Part shown: positions 28,846 through 39,698 of the stretch, in pieces
Layout of the letters: the number at the start of each line of letters is the position of its first letter
Numbering within the stretch: position 1 is the stretch's first letter
NCBI GenBank assembly: GCA_963698405.1
Contig: CAVOQT010000009.1
Span: 11,185 to 75,184 of the forward strand
Source of the DNA: an uncultured Gammaproteobacteria bacterium
GTDB taxonomy: Bacteria; Pseudomonadota; Gammaproteobacteria; Steroidobacterales; GCA-2729495
Length of the DNA stretch: 64,000 nt
Direction of reading: 5' to 3'
Notes under the pieces: model-generated
The model's input: the letters and a program-made list of their open reading frames with translations, nothing else
What the model was told of the DNA's origin: nothing
The model's database searches: none
Made by a program: the position numbers and the translations under genes

Positions 28846-30477
28846 ATGGCTAATGCAGACAACCAGTTCGTCAACCCCTTCGCTCAGCTGACGCGCATGC
28901 CAGGCATGCGGCAGCTGCTGATCCTGATCGGCCTCGCGGCAAGCATCTCCATCGGGGTGACCGCAGCGTTCTGGATGAGCACTCCGGGCTATACCGTTCT
29001 GTTCAGCAACGTCTCCGACAAGGAGGCCAGCGAAATCGTCAACGCACTCACCAGCGCCGGCATTCCCTATCAGCTGGACAACAATACCGGTGCCGTCACC
29101 GTACCGGGCGAGAAGGTACATGCCGCACGACTCAAGCTCGCCGAACAGGGCTTGCCGAAGAGCTCCGGCTTTGGCCTGGAGATCATGGAAGGCGGCAGCA
29201 GTTTCTCGACCAGCCAGTTCATGGAAAACGCGCGTTACCAGCATGCCCTGGAAACCGAGCTGGCCCGCACGATCAGTAGCCTGCAGCCTGTTCAGTCAGC
29301 ACGCGTGCATCTTGCGGTACCCAAGTCGACGGTATTTCTCGGCAAGAAACAGGCACCCGGCGCTTCCGTCCTGCTGCAACTCTATGGCGGCCGCAGCGTG
29401 ACCGATGCACAGGTTTCCGCCATCGTGCACCTGGTCGCATCGAGCATCCCGGAACTCGAGGCCAGCAAGGTCACGATCGTCGACCAGTCGGGCCGGCTGC
29501 TGAATTCCCCGGAAGACTCCTCCGAACTCGGCCTGAGTACGCGGCAACTCGACTACGTACACCGGATCGAGGACAGCTACGTCAAGCGCGTCGAGAACCT
29601 GCTGATTCCGATGCTCGGTGCCGGGCGCGTCCACACCACGGTAACCGCCGATGTGGACTTCACCCAGCGTGAAGAGACCCAGGAACTCTACGACCCCGAG
29701 ACAGTGGTGCGCAGCGAACAGGTTGCGGAAGAACGTGCGCGCGGCACCGGCCTGCTGGGCGGTATTCCCGGCGCGCTCAGCAACCAGCCCCCACCGCCGG
29801 TACAACCTGCCGTGGCAACTGCAAACCCGGCGATTCCGGCTGATGCAGCCAATGCACAGGTCGCTGCAAACGCGCCTGCCGGACCGGACAATGAATCCAT
29901 CCGGCGTACACGAAACTTTGAAATGGACCGGACACTCAGCCATACGAAGCAACCATTTGGCGGCATACAGCGTTTGTCGGTCGCCGTACTGCTTGCCGAA
30001 AAGACCACCACCGATGATGAAGGCAATGTCAGTTCGGAAAAACTGAGTGAGCCAGAACTCGCAGCCATGACCAAACTGGTACGCGATGCGGTCGGCTATG
30101 ACGAAAAACGCGGCGATACCGTGAGCGTGAGCAGCATGGCTTTCCATCAGGCAACCGATGAAGCGGAAGAAGCTGAAGAGCCCGGATTCCTGCAGAACCC
30201 TGCAGTGCAGTCCTGGGGCAAGCAGGGTCTCGCAGCAGCACTGGTGCTCATCGTCGTGCTGGTACTCGTCAAGCCGCTGCTGCGGGCACTGGCCGGCAGC
30301 ACACCGGGTGTCGCTGGCGGTCAGGCAGCCCTCGCCGGTCCTGGCGGCAGTTTTTCTTCCGGCGCCCGTACGCCCTTGAGCTACGACGACAAGGTCAGCG
30401 TTGCGCGGCAGCTGGCCGACAAGAATCCCGAACGTGTAGCGCAGATCGTCAGAGCGTGGGTACAGTCAGATGGCTGA
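28846..30477 (+). CDS. fliF: flagellar MS-ring protein FliF
   Basis: 543 aa with an N-terminal TM (LLILIGLAASISIGV), YscJ/FliF domain (LFSNVSDKEASEIVNALTSAGIPYQL) and a C-terminal TM plus FliG-binding tail. Confidence 0.92.
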   Translation: MANADNQFVNPFAQLTRMPGMRQLLILIGLAASISIGVTAAFWMSTPGYTVLFSNVSDKEASEIVNALTSAGIPYQLDNNTGAVTVPGEKVHAARLKLAEQGLPKSSGFGLEIMEGGSSFSTSQFMENARYQHALETELARTISSLQPVQSARVHLAVPKSTVFLGKKQAPGASVLLQLYGGRSVTDAQVSAIVHLVASSIPELEASKVTIVDQSGRLLNSPEDSSELGLSTRQLDYVHRIEDSYVKRVENLLIPMLGAGRVHTTVTADVDFTQREETQELYDPETVVRSEQVAEERARGTGLLGGIPGALSNQPPPPVQPAVATANPAIPADAANAQVAANAPAGPDNESIRRTRNFEMDRTLSHTKQPFGGIQRLSVAVLLAEKTTTDDEGNVSSEKLSEPELAAMTKLVRDAVGYDEKRGDTVSVSSMAFHQATDEAEEAEEPGFLQNPAVQSWGKQGLAAALVLIVVLVLVKPLLRALAGSTPGVAGGQAALAGPGGSFSSGARTPLSYDDKVSVARQLADKNPERVAQIVRAWVQSDG

Positions 30478-31474
30478 CAAGCAACAAGACCTTTCCGGCA
30501 GCGAGCGCGCTGCAATCTTCCTGATGTCGCTCAACGAGAAGGAAGCGGCTGAAATCATGCGCCACATGCCGGTGGGTGAAGTCCAGCGGCTGGGCAAGGC
30601 CATGGCCTCACTGCGCAAGGTGAGCCGGGACCAGGCAGACCATGTGCTCACACACTTCACCGACAATGTCGAAGGTGACGGACAGTTTTCGGCACGCTCG
30701 ACCGCCTCCATCAAACGCCTGCTGACCAGCTCCCTCGGAGAGGAGAAGGCCAGCAAGGTCATCGATCGCATCGTCGAAGAAACACCCAAAGGTCTGGATT
30801 CCCTGCAGTTGCTTGAGGCGAAGGAAATCGCCGAATTCATCAGCCGGGAACACCCGCAGGTAATCGCCGTAGTGCTGGCCGGCATGGATGCAAAGAAATC
30901 CGCAGAGGTCCTCAATCTGCTGCCGGTGCGGTTATCCACCGACATCGTGGCCCGCATCGCACGCATGGCCGAGATTCCCCAGGACACGATCGAGGAACTC
31001 GATGAAATCATGCAGCAGAAATTCTCCCATACGCCGGTCTCCAAGCTGATGCCGATCGGCGGTGTGCGCAGCGCCGCCGGCATACTCAACGGCGTCGGCA
31101 AGGAGGTCGAGAAGCAGATCATCGATGCCATGAACACGGACAATGCGGCGCTCTGCCAGGAAATCCAGGACAACATGTTCGTGTTCGACAACCTGCTCAC
31201 GGTCGATGATCGCGGCATTCAGGCCCTGGTACGGGAAATCACCTCCGATATCCTGGTTATCGCCCTGAAGGGCGCAGACCAGGCACTGCAGGACAAGATC
31301 TTCAACAACATGTCGAAGCGGGCTGGCGAAATGCTCAAGTCTGATCTTGAGGCCAAGGGTCCGGTGCGACTGGCTGAAGTCGAGGCGGCACAGAAGGAGA
31401 TCGTCATGGTTGCCAGACGTCTGGCTGACGATGGCACGATCTCGCTGGGCACCGGCGGTGACGACTTTGTCTAG
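30470..31474 (+). CDS. fliG: flagellar motor switch protein FliG
   Basis: 334 aa: LSGSERAAIFLMSLNEKEAAEIMRHM...MFVFDNL...EVEAAQKEIVMVARRLADDG. Confidence 0.92.
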   Translation: MADKQQDLSGSERAAIFLMSLNEKEAAEIMRHMPVGEVQRLGKAMASLRKVSRDQADHVLTHFTDNVEGDGQFSARSTASIKRLLTSSLGEEKASKVIDRIVEETPKGLDSLQLLEAKEIAEFISREHPQVIAVVLAGMDAKKSAEVLNLLPVRLSTDIVARIARMAEIPQDTIEELDEIMQQKFSHTPVSKLMPIGGVRSAAGILNGVGKEVEKQIIDAMNTDNAALCQEIQDNMFVFDNLLTVDDRGIQALVREITSDILVIALKGADQALQDKIFNNMSKRAGEMLKSDLEAKGPVRLAEVEAAQKEIVMVARRLADDGTISLGTGGDDFV

Positions 31475-32090
31475 ACTGATTCGCAGCACGTCAGCCACAC
31501 AGCAGTGTGTCGCCTGGCAGGCGCCGGAGGTGTCAGCCACAGGCGGCAATGCCAGCCTGCGGCGCAACAATGATGGCGACCTGAATGCGCTTCAGCAGCG
31601 CGCCTGGCAACAGGGTCTTGAAGAAGGCCGCGCTGCCGGCATCGAAGCGGGGAACCGCGAACTCGCCACGCGCATCACCGCTGTCGAACGCATTCTGGAT
31701 ACGCTCGCCCGTCCGCTCGAAGATCTGGATCATCGCGTCGAGGACGAACTGCTGGCACTGGTGCAGGCCATCGTGCGGCAACTGATCCGGCGCGAAGTAC
31801 ATCTTGATTCCGGACACATCATCGGTGTGATCCGCGAAGGACTGGCCGCACTGCCACTGGCAGCCGGTGATATCACCGTGCGCTTGCATCCGGATGATGC
31901 TGATGTGGTGCGCAGCTGTCTGACGGAAAACGCCACCGACCGCGCCTGGCGCCTTGAAGCTGATCCGCTGCTGGAACGTGGCGGCTGCCTGATTACCTCG
32001 GCGCGCTCGACCATCGACGCCCGACTTGAAACCCGCCTGGCGCGCGTCATCGCCGGCCTGTTGGAGGACGAACGTGCCAATGCTGGCTAA
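31467..32090 (+). CDS. fliH: flagellar export ATPase regulator FliH
   Basis: There is no ATG after the fliG stop. An in-frame TTG at 31467 overlaps the fliG end. FliH-like [21 protein letters not shown]...[20 protein letters not shown]. Confidence 0.8.
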   Translation: MSRLIRSTSATQQCVAWQAPEVSATGGNASLRRNNDGDLNALQQRAWQQGLEEGRAAGIEAGNRELATRITAVERILDTLARPLEDLDHRVEDELLALVQAIVRQLIRREVHLDSGHIIGVIREGLAALPLAAGDITVRLHPDDADVVRSCLTENATDRAWRLEADPLLERGGCLITSARSTIDARLETRLARVIAGLLEDERANAG

Positions 32091-33477
32091 TCACCCGGCG
32101 GTACGCCTCGCCGCTGAGCGCAGCGACCGTTGGTCGCGCAGACTGGCATGGCAGCGCAGCTGTGCACACGAACCCCGCGTGATCGTTGAGGGCAAGCTTG
32201 CCCGGGTCGCCGGCCTGACACTTGAAGCGGTAGGCTGCGAGGCCGCACTGGGTGCCCGCTGCCAGATCGAGGGCAACGGCGGCAATTCGGTTGAAGCAGA
32301 AGTGGTCGGCTTTTCCGGTGATCGCCTGTTCCTGATGCCGACCACCACGATGGCCGGAATCATGCCGAACGCCAGGGTGATTCCGCGTCATACGGTCGCA
32401 CAGGTCGGCGTGGGCGATGCCCTGCTCGGCCGCGTCATCGATGGTGCCGGCAATCCGCTCGACGGGCGCGGCCCGCTGCAGTACACAGGACACACCCGGC
32501 TCGAAGCCGACCCGGTCAATCCGCTGGCACGGCAACCCATTCATCAGCCGCTGGACGTCGGTGTACGCTCCATCAACGCCCTGTTCAGCGTCGGCCGCGG
32601 CCAGCGACTCGGCCTGTTTGCCGGCAGCGGTGTGGGCAAGAGCACTTTGCTCGGCATGATGACGCGCTTCACGCGTGCCGATGTGATCGTCGTCGGGCTG
32701 ATCGGCGAACGCGGTCGTGAGGTCAAGGAATTCGTCGAAGACAATCTCGGCGCAGCGGGTTTGGCCCGTTCGGTGGTCGTTGCAACGCCGGCTGACTGCT
32801 CGCCGCTGCTCCGCCTGCACGGCGCGTGGCGGGCAACTGCCATTGCTGAACACTTTCGCGCGCGTGGCTTGCATGTACTGCTGCTGATGGACTCGCTGAC
32901 CCGCTTTGCCCAGGCCCAGCGCGAGATCGGACTCGCCATCGGTGAGCCACCCGCCACCAAGGGCTATCCGCCCTCGGTCTTCGGTCGCCTGCCACAACTG
33001 GTGGAACGGGCCGGAACCGGCGCCGAAGGCAGCGGTTCAATCACCGCCTTCTACACCGTACTCGCCGAAGGCGATGACGAGAACGATCCGATCGTGGATG
33101 CATCACGCGCGATTCTCGACGGACATATCATGCTGTCGCGGGACATGGCCGAAAGCGGCATCTACCCGCCGATCAACATCGAGTCATCGATCAGCCGCTC
33201 GATGACCCGCATCACCTCGCCACAACATCTCGGTGCTGCGCAGAAATTTCGCGAAATCGTTGCCTGCTATATGCGTAACCGGGATCTGATTACCGTCGGC
33301 GCCTATCGTGCCGGTGCAGACCCGCAACTCGACCGTGCCGTCAGGCTGTGGCCACGCATCGAGGCCTTTCTGCGCCAGTCCACCCAGGCCTCAGTCAGCT
33401 TCGAGGAAAGCATCGCGCAGCTGGAAACGCTGCTGCACAGTGATCCCACTGACGCAGCCAGTCGTGTACACGGCTGA
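32080..33477 (+). CDS. fliI: flagellum-specific ATPase FliI
   Basis: Walker A GSGVGKST, Walker [12 protein letters not shown], and [18 protein letters not shown] before the ATG at 32080. Confidence 0.93.
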   Translation: MLANHPAVRLAAERSDRWSRRLAWQRSCAHEPRVIVEGKLARVAGLTLEAVGCEAALGARCQIEGNGGNSVEAEVVGFSGDRLFLMPTTTMAGIMPNARVIPRHTVAQVGVGDALLGRVIDGAGNPLDGRGPLQYTGHTRLEADPVNPLARQPIHQPLDVGVRSINALFSVGRGQRLGLFAGSGVGKSTLLGMMTRFTRADVIVVGLIGERGREVKEFVEDNLGAAGLARSVVVATPADCSPLLRLHGAWRATAIAEHFRARGLHVLLLMDSLTRFAQAQREIGLAIGEPPATKGYPPSVFGRLPQLVERAGTGAEGSGSITAFYTVLAEGDDENDPIVDASRAILDGHIMLSRDMAESGIYPPINIESSISRSMTRITSPQHLGAAQKFREIVACYMRNRDLITVGAYRAGADPQLDRAVRLWPRIEAFLRQSTQASVSFEESIAQLETLLHSDPTDAASRVHG

Positions 33478-33499
33478 AATATCCTGAGGGTCCACCCGG

Positions 33500-33928
33500 A
33501 TGGCCAGACGCAACCGCATGCAGGTGCTGCAAAAACTCGCTGAGCACACCGAGGCGGAGGCCTCACGGCGTCTCGCCGAACGACTCAAGCTGCTCAATGC
33601 CGAGGAGCGCCGTCTGGAACAGATCCGGAACTATCTGGCCGACTACTCAGGCAATAGCCAGCCCAATCCGCCCGCCATGACGATCAGCGCATTGCGCAGC
33701 AATCGTGGTTTCATGGAACGACTGCGTAATGCAGCAGATGAGCAGCGCGGCAATGTCGAGACACAGCGACATCAGGCCGAACAACATGCAGCCCAATGGC
33801 GCGCTGCACGGGCCCGCAGTCTGGCGCTCGAACGTCTGGGCGACCGGATTGAACAACGCGAACAGCAACGGCAGGACCGCCTCGAACAACTACGGCTCGA
33901 TGAGATCGCCAATCAGGGCAAAACGTGA
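33500..33928 (+). CDS. fliJ: flagellar export protein FliJ
   Basis: 142 aa coiled-coil protein (LQKLAEHTEAEASRRLAERLKLLNAEERRLEQIRNY) directly after fliI. Confidence 0.8.
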   Translation: MARRNRMQVLQKLAEHTEAEASRRLAERLKLLNAEERRLEQIRNYLADYSGNSQPNPPAMTISALRSNRGFMERLRNAADEQRGNVETQRHQAEQHAAQWRAARARSLALERLGDRIEQREQQRQDRLEQLRLDEIANQGKT

Positions 33929-33998
33929 ACCCGCTTCGATCGAGCTGGCACGGAGATTGCTTTAATCACTCAGACAACATGAAAAACACATATCAGCA

Positions 33999-35327
33999 GT
34001 GAGTGACCTGAGTCTCATTACGGCTCCTCCGGCAGACGCGCAGGCGTTCGCGGCAAGTGCGCTGCGTCCACTGCCTGCGGCGCACGGAACGAGCTCAATT
34101 GCCCCGGCCCGGCCCGGCAACCCGGCAGCACCTGATACAGCTGGCGACAGCAGTGCAGAGCCTTTTGCCGCATTAATGATGGGGTTTCTGCAGAGCGCGC
34201 AGCCCGCCACAACGATAGAATCAGCCTTCGCTGCAACAGCCGACACAGCCGCTGGCGAAGAACTGTTCAGTCCAGATTCGGGCCCGGATGGCAGCGCAGT
34301 GCAAACGACAGCAGGACCTGGCCTACCGTCACCTGCAACAACGCATACCAGCTTCATCAGCGGCACGAGTCTGCCGACTGGCGGCAACAGTTTGCCGCCG
34401 GATATGCCGGAACTGTCTGCCGGCTCAACCGTTACTGCACACCCGGACGCCGAAGCTGGTGCGCGCGATACGCTGGCTGCCACCCGGATTTCACTGGCCG
34501 ATATCGAAAGCAGCCGTGAGCTGAACATGACGGCGATGCCACGCCCGGCACCGACGGATATAGAGAACTACACCAGGCGCTTTACAGTCGCCGCAGCTGC
34601 TCCAGGCTTGTCAGTCACCAGTTCTGCAACTGACAGTACATCCGATCTGCTGCCCGGCGCCGAAGCCGGCGGCAGTCTGCTGCAACCGGCCGGGCTGACC
34701 GCCAGCGACCTGTCCCGCCTGGTGCAGAACCTGTCACAGGCCGGGGGCCGCGAGCCGTTTTCCGCCGCATTCAGCACTGAAGGCACAGGCATGAGTACCC
34801 TGTTCAGCGAAACCAGCCCGACCGCAGGCGGTGCGAAGAGTGCCGACAGCGGTCTCAGCAGTATGGTGCGCGGTGGACTGAGCGGGTTTCCGCCACTACA
34901 GCCGCTCGGCTCACCACAGGCATGGACCGCCGGGCTGGGCGACCGCTTGCTGACACTTGCAGGCCCGGGCACGCACTCGGCACGCCTGAGGCTGCATCCC
35001 GAGAGCCTCGGCACCCTGGACATCGAAATCAAGGTTGCCGATAACACCGCTCAGGTGTGGTTCGGCGCACAGCACAGCCAGACTCGCGAAGCCATCGAAG
35101 CCTCACTGCCACAATTACGCGAGATGTTTGCCGAACAGGGCATTCGACTGACGCAGGCCCAGGTGGATTCCGGTGCCGATCAACGTGCGCCCGATCAGCA
35201 GTCGGCATTCAACGAGCCGGACCATGACCGGAATGCATGGCGCAGACCATCCGTCAGCGCCAGCCTGTCTGATGCACTGGCACCCACCCGCCAAGCCACA
35301 CATCGCCTGCTCGACGCCTGGGCCTGA
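33999..35327 (+). CDS. fliK: hook-length control protein FliK
   Basis: GTG start. Ala/Pro/Ser/Thr-rich disordered N-part and the conserved C-domain ARLRLHPESLGTLDIEIKVADNTAQVWFGAQHSQTREAIEASLPQLREMFAEQGIRL. Confidence 0.85.
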   Translation: MSDLSLITAPPADAQAFAASALRPLPAAHGTSSIAPARPGNPAAPDTAGDSSAEPFAALMMGFLQSAQPATTIESAFAATADTAAGEELFSPDSGPDGSAVQTTAGPGLPSPATTHTSFISGTSLPTGGNSLPPDMPELSAGSTVTAHPDAEAGARDTLAATRISLADIESSRELNMTAMPRPAPTDIENYTRRFTVAAAAPGLSVTSSATDSTSDLLPGAEAGGSLLQPAGLTASDLSRLVQNLSQAGGREPFSAAFSTEGTGMSTLFSETSPTAGGAKSADSGLSSMVRGGLSGFPPLQPLGSPQAWTAGLGDRLLTLAGPGTHSARLRLHPESLGTLDIEIKVADNTAQVWFGAQHSQTREAIEASLPQLREMFAEQGIRLTQAQVDSGADQRAPDQQSAFNEPDHDRNAWRRPSVSASLSDALAPTRQATHRLLDAWA

Positions 35328-35450
35328 GCCCGGCAGTGCCAAACGCTTGACGAGCGCACAACGCTTCCGTCAAGACATTGACGCTCCAGACGGGCCACCG
35401 ACTTCAGCTAATACACTGTTTAATAAAGACTTATAACGAGCCTCTGCTGC

Positions 35451-35465
35451 TGGCACGGGTCTTGC
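35451..35465 (+). promoter_or_regulatory. sigma-54 promoter of fliL operon
   Basis: TGGCACgggtcTTGCT, 37 nt upstream of the fliL ATG. Confidence 0.75.
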
Positions 35466-35501
35466 TTTGAGGTATCCGGGACTTATTACGGAACCGCACT
35501 C

Positions 35502-36059
35502 ATGGCAACTGAAGAAACCCAGGCAGACCCTGCCGTCGAACCCATCGCACCCGCAAAGAGCAACAGCGGTCTGGTCAAGGCCATTGGCATCGGCGTTGGT
35601 CTGTTCCTGATGATGTTGATCACGCAGCTGGCCGCACCGATCCTCGGTTGCAAAATGCTGAACTCGATGACACCTAACTGCCCTGCTCCCGAGGTTGTCG
35701 TCGACAAAGAGGGCAAAGCCAAGGAAAAAATCAACAAAGCCCCACCGAAATATCTGGCCTTTGACCCACCGCTGGTTGCCAGTCTGGAGGACAAGGGTTC
35801 GATCCGTTTCCTGCAGGTCACCATAGAACTGATGGCCCGCGATGAAAAAATCATCACCAACATCGAAACCCATATGCCAGTGATCCGCAACAACCTGCTG
35901 ATGCTGCTCGGCGGTCAGACAGTCAGCTCACTTACCAATCGCGAGGAAAAGGAAAAGCTGCGCAAGCAGGCGCTGGCTGAAGTGCAGAAGATCATGAAGG
36001 CCAATACCGGAGAAACCGGTGTTGAGGATCTCTACTTCACGAGCTTTGTCGTTCAGTAA
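35502..36059 (+). CDS. fliL: flagellar basal body-associated protein FliL
   Basis: 185 aa with a single TM (GIGVGLFLMMLI) and FliL core YLAFDPPLVASLEDKGSIRFLQVTIELMARDE...LYFTSFVVQ. Confidence 0.88.
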   Translation: MATEETQADPAVEPIAPAKSNSGLVKAIGIGVGLFLMMLITQLAAPILGCKMLNSMTPNCPAPEVVVDKEGKAKEKINKAPPKYLAFDPPLVASLEDKGSIRFLQVTIELMARDEKIITNIETHMPVIRNNLLMLLGGQTVSSLTNREEKEKLRKQALAEVQKIMKANTGETGVEDLYFTSFVVQ

Positions 36060-36077
36060 CCGGTTCCCAGCTCGCAG

Positions 36078-37064
36078 ATGAACACCAAAGAAATCATTTC
36101 AGAAGACGAAGCCCAGGCCCTGCGCGAAGGTGCGGGCAACGTCGATCCGCAGGGGCCTGTGCCTGATGGCCATGTACTGGATCTGCATGCCGACCACTGG
36201 GAACGCATCGTTGCCGACCGTGCACCGGCACTCGATGCGATTTCCGAGCAACTGGGCGGCCTGCTGAAGATCACGGCACGCCGGTTCTTCCGCCGCCCCG
36301 TCGATATCACACCGCGCGGCTGGCGCGAAGAGCGCTGGGGCGCCTATGCCCGGCGGCTGCCAGTGCCTACCAGTCTCAACGTACTGGAAATACGCACGCA
36401 GAAACTCAAGGGCATGATCACGCTGGACGCTGACTTCGTCTTCACGCTGACCGATATCTTCTTCGGCGGCGATGGCAAGAGCACACGCGCCGACGGTACA
36501 CCGGACTTCACCCCGATGGAGATCCGCCTGGTACGCAAGTTTGTCACCGCCATCATCAAGGACATGCAAGCGGCCTGGAAGCCCTATCTTGCAGTGGATA
36601 TCCAGCTTGGCAATTCCGAGATCAGCCCGGTGTTTGCGGCAATCGCGCCGAACTCGGAATCGGTCTGCATTACCGGATTTGAACTCATGCTGGGCGGTCA
36701 GGAACTGAAGTTCGATCTCATTCTGCCGCAGGTCTTCATCGACCCCCTGCGCAAACTGCGCAACCCCGGGCAGCCAAATCAGGGCGAGGCAGACTCGCAA
36801 CGCTGGGAAGCCCGGCTCAAGACCGATGTACAGGATGCGGCGGTTTCGCTGCGCGCTGTGCTCAATGGAACCCAGGTGGTGCTGCGCGACATCAGTCAGG
36901 CGCAACCCGGCGACATCATCGCCATCGATGCGCCTACAACCGTAACGCTTTATGCCGGTGACAACGCACTGCTTGAAGGCACCCTGGGTGCCTGCCAGGG
37001 ACGCCATGCCGTGCGTATCACCAAGCCAGCCAATCGCATCGCAGTAGGAGAGAAATATGGATGA
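36078..37064 (+). CDS. fliM: flagellar motor switch protein FliM
   Basis: 328 aa with an N-terminal CheY-P binding-like segment (ISEDEAQALRE) and the FliM middle and SpoA-like domains. Confidence 0.9.
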   Translation: MNTKEIISEDEAQALREGAGNVDPQGPVPDGHVLDLHADHWERIVADRAPALDAISEQLGGLLKITARRFFRRPVDITPRGWREERWGAYARRLPVPTSLNVLEIRTQKLKGMITLDADFVFTLTDIFFGGDGKSTRADGTPDFTPMEIRLVRKFVTAIIKDMQAAWKPYLAVDIQLGNSEISPVFAAIAPNSESVCITGFELMLGGQELKFDLILPQVFIDPLRKLRNPGQPNQGEADSQRWEARLKTDVQDAAVSLRAVLNGTQVVLRDISQAQPGDIIAIDAPTTVTLYAGDNALLEGTLGACQGRHAVRITKPANRIAVGEKYG

Positions 37065-37434
37065 GGCGAAAACATCTGACAGCGCCGTTGCCGCACCGGC
37101 AACGCCACAGCCCTTTCAGGCCCCGGCACTGGACGGATCGGCGGCTGCCGCAACCGGAGCGGGCAATGATGTGCGCCCGAATATCGATGTGATTCTCGAT
37201 GTTCCGGTCACCCTGTCGCTGGAGGTCGGACGCGCGCAGATGAGCGTCGGCCGTCTGCTGCGGCTTTCACAGGGCTCGGTCGTCGAACTGGACCGCAGCG
37301 CTGGTGAACCACTTGACGTTCTGGTCAACGGCACCCTTGTGGCGCATGGCGAGATCGTGATCGTCAACGACAAATTCGGCATCCGTCTGACCGATGTGGT
37401 GCCACCCGGAAAACGGGTCGGAACATCCGGCTGA
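37057..37434 (+). CDS. fliN: flagellar motor switch protein FliN
   Basis: 125 aa with SpoA domain ILDVPVTLSLEVGRAQMSVGRLLRLSQGSVVELDRSAGEPLDVLVNGTLVAHGEIVIVNDKFGIRLTDV. Confidence 0.92.
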   Translation: MDEAKTSDSAVAAPATPQPFQAPALDGSAAAATGAGNDVRPNIDVILDVPVTLSLEVGRAQMSVGRLLRLSQGSVVELDRSAGEPLDVLVNGTLVAHGEIVIVNDKFGIRLTDVVPPGKRVGTSG

Positions 37435-37443
37435 GCATCACCA

Positions 37444-37869
37444 ATGCAGACCCTGAACAAATCTCGCCAGACGATCAGCACACTGTTGTGCCTCATCGCC
37501 TGCAGTTGCCTGTCGGCAATGCCGGCCCTGGCCGACACGCCGGCCACCGGCGTGGCTACCGGTGGCCTCGCCGCAGGCGATATCGCCTCTGCAACGCTGC
37601 GCATGGTGGCCGGACTGGCGATAGTCCTCGCCCTGCTCGGCGCAACTGCCTGGGTATCGCGTCGCTTTCGCACCGGCAGCGGTGCGCGCAGCGGCCTCAT
37701 CGAAATCATCACCGGTCTGTCGCTTGGCAACCGTGAGCGCGTGGTACTGCTGAAGGTTGGCGGTGATCAGGTGCTGATTGGCATCAGTCCCTCCGGCTTG
37801 CGCACGCTGCATGTCATCGGCCAGGCACCAAACGAACAATTCTCCAACTTCATGGAAAACAAGTCATGA
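37444..37869 (+). CDS. fliO: flagellar biosynthesis protein FliO
   Basis: 141 aa with a single TM ([18 protein letters not shown]) and [22 protein letters not shown]. 4-nt overlap with fliP. Confidence 0.82.
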   Translation: MQTLNKSRQTISTLLCLIACSCLSAMPALADTPATGVATGGLAAGDIASATLRMVAGLAIVLALLGATAWVSRRFRTGSGARSGLIEIITGLSLGNRERVVLLKVGGDQVLIGISPSGLRTLHVIGQAPNEQFSNFMENKS

Positions 37870-38633
37870 GCCCCGCCACGCCGGTCACCGCACAGCGTGC
37901 GGTATTGCTCGCCGCACTGCTGCTGGTTCCTGTGCTCGCCATCTCGGCGCCAGTGATTCCGGCACTCTCGCTGATCGACAGCAGCGATGGTGGCAAGACC
38001 TGGTCGGTCAGCATCCAGATCCTGATGATGATGACAGCGCTGACGCTGCTGCCTTCCCTGCTGCTCGCCGCCACATCATTCACCCGCATCGTGATCGTGC
38101 TGGCCATCCTGCGCCAGGCACTCGGCATGCCGCAGACGCCGCCCAACCAGATTCTGGTCGGACTGGCGCTGTTCCTGACCTATTTCGTGATGGCTCCGGT
38201 CATCGACCGCATCAACGAAGACGCACTGCAGCCCTACATGGCCGGCACGCTGGAAATGAGTGCAGCGGCCGACAAGGCCCAGGCACCGCTGCGCGAATTC
38301 ATGCTCAGTCAGACCCGTGAACCGGACCTGCAGCTGTTTGCCGGACTGTCCGGGCGCGAAGGCTTTGCGAGTCCGGCCGAGGTCCCGCTGTCGGTACTGC
38401 TGCCGAGCTTCATGACCAGCGAACTCAAGACCGCATTCCAGATCGGCTTTCTGACCTTCATTCCGTTTCTGATCATCGATCTGGTCGTATCGAGCGTGCT
38501 GATGTCGATGGGCATGATGATGCTCTCACCGATGCTCATCTCGCTGCCTTTCAAAATCATGCTGTTCGTCCTGGTGGACGGCTGGGCGCTCATCATCGGC
38601 ACCCTCGCCAGCAGCTTTGCACCACACGTTTGA
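37866..38633 (+). CDS. fliP: flagellar export gate protein FliP
   Basis: [41 protein letters not shown]...[12 protein letters not shown]. Confidence 0.93.
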   Translation: MSPATPVTAQRAVLLAALLLVPVLAISAPVIPALSLIDSSDGGKTWSVSIQILMMMTALTLLPSLLLAATSFTRIVIVLAILRQALGMPQTPPNQILVGLALFLTYFVMAPVIDRINEDALQPYMAGTLEMSAAADKAQAPLREFMLSQTREPDLQLFAGLSGREGFASPAEVPLSVLLPSFMTSELKTAFQIGFLTFIPFLIIDLVVSSVLMSMGMMMLSPMLISLPFKIMLFVLVDGWALIIGTLASSFAPHV

Positions 38634-38644
38634 GGTTTACCGGA

Positions 38645-38914
38645 ATGACGCCAGAAACCGTACTGACTATCGCCAGAGAGTCATTGACCGTGACCACCCT
38701 GCTGGCGGCACCGCTGCTGCTGGTGACGCTGGTCACCGGTGTGATGGTCGGCATCCTGCAGGCCGCCACACAGATCAATGAAATGACCCTGTCATTCATT
38801 CCGAAGCTGCTGGCATTGATGCTGACACTGCTGATCGTCGGTCCGTGGATGCTGCAGCTGATCACCAGCTACACGCGAACCCTGTTCACCAGCATCCCGT
38901 CCATGCTTGGCTGA
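38645..38914 (+). CDS. fliQ: flagellar export gate protein FliQ
   Basis: 89 aa: MTPETVLTIARESLTVTTLLAAPLLLVTLVTGVMVGILQAATQINEMTLSFIPKL. GAGG SD. Confidence 0.9.
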   Translation: MTPETVLTIARESLTVTTLLAAPLLLVTLVTGVMVGILQAATQINEMTLSFIPKLLALMLTLLIVGPWMLQLITSYTRTLFTSIPSMLG

Positions 38915-38925
38915 GATCGGCCAGC

Positions 38926-39693
38926 ATGTTCACCACCATACAAATTGCCGACACCCTGCTCGGTGTGCTGTGGACCGTCATGCGGGTCGGTGGCGTGGTG
39001 ATGCTCGCACCCCTGCTCGGCGCCATGTATGTACCGCGCCGTATCCGCCTGGCCATGGCGCTCGTACTGGCCATGACCATGCTGCCGATAGCCGGAGCCA
39101 TGCCGGCCATCCAGCCGCTGAGCCCGAACGGGATAATTGCAATCACCCAGGAACTGATCGTCGGTCTGGCAATCGGCTTCGTGCTGCGCCTGGCTACCGA
39201 GGCTGCACTGCTCGCCGGCCAGCTGATCTCCACCGGCATGGGGCTGTCCTTCGCCACGGTGGTCGACCCGCAGAACGGCGGCATGCCGCTGCTCGGTCGC
39301 TTCTACATCGTGGTGTCCTCGCTGGTACTGCTGGCGACCAATGCTCACCTCTCGCTGATCGCCCTGCTGGCGCAGAGTTTCCAGGTCGTGCCGATCGGCT
39401 CCGGCGGCCTGGGACCGACCGATGCGCGTCTGATCGTGGAATTCGCCGGCCTGATGTTTGCCGGTGCGATTCAGCTGGCCCTGCCGTCGGTAGTCGCCAT
39501 CCTGATGGTCAATGTGGCTTTCGGCGTGATCAGCCGTGCCGCTCCCACGCTCAACCTGTTTGCGGTGGGCTTCCCGATCACGATCCTGCTCGGCCTCGCC
39601 ATCCTGGTCATGTCACTGCAGACCCAGGGACCAGTCTGGCTGGAACACATGACTGAAGGCTTCACGCTGCTGACCGGCATGCTGGGGAGCTGA
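38926..39693 (+). CDS. fliR: flagellar export gate protein FliR
   Basis: 255 aa polytopic protein: MFTTIQIADTLLGVLWTVMRVGGVVMLAPLLG.... The listed ORF start at 38845 overlaps fliQ and looks non-coding. Confidence 0.88.
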   Translation: MFTTIQIADTLLGVLWTVMRVGGVVMLAPLLGAMYVPRRIRLAMALVLAMTMLPIAGAMPAIQPLSPNGIIAITQELIVGLAIGFVLRLATEAALLAGQLISTGMGLSFATVVDPQNGGMPLLGRFYIVVSSLVLLATNAHLSLIALLAQSFQVVPIGSGGLGPTDARLIVEFAGLMFAGAIQLALPSVVAILMVNVAFGVISRAAPTLNLFAVGFPITILLGLAILVMSLQTQGPVWLEHMTEGFTLLTGMLGS

Positions 39694-39698
39694 GCACT

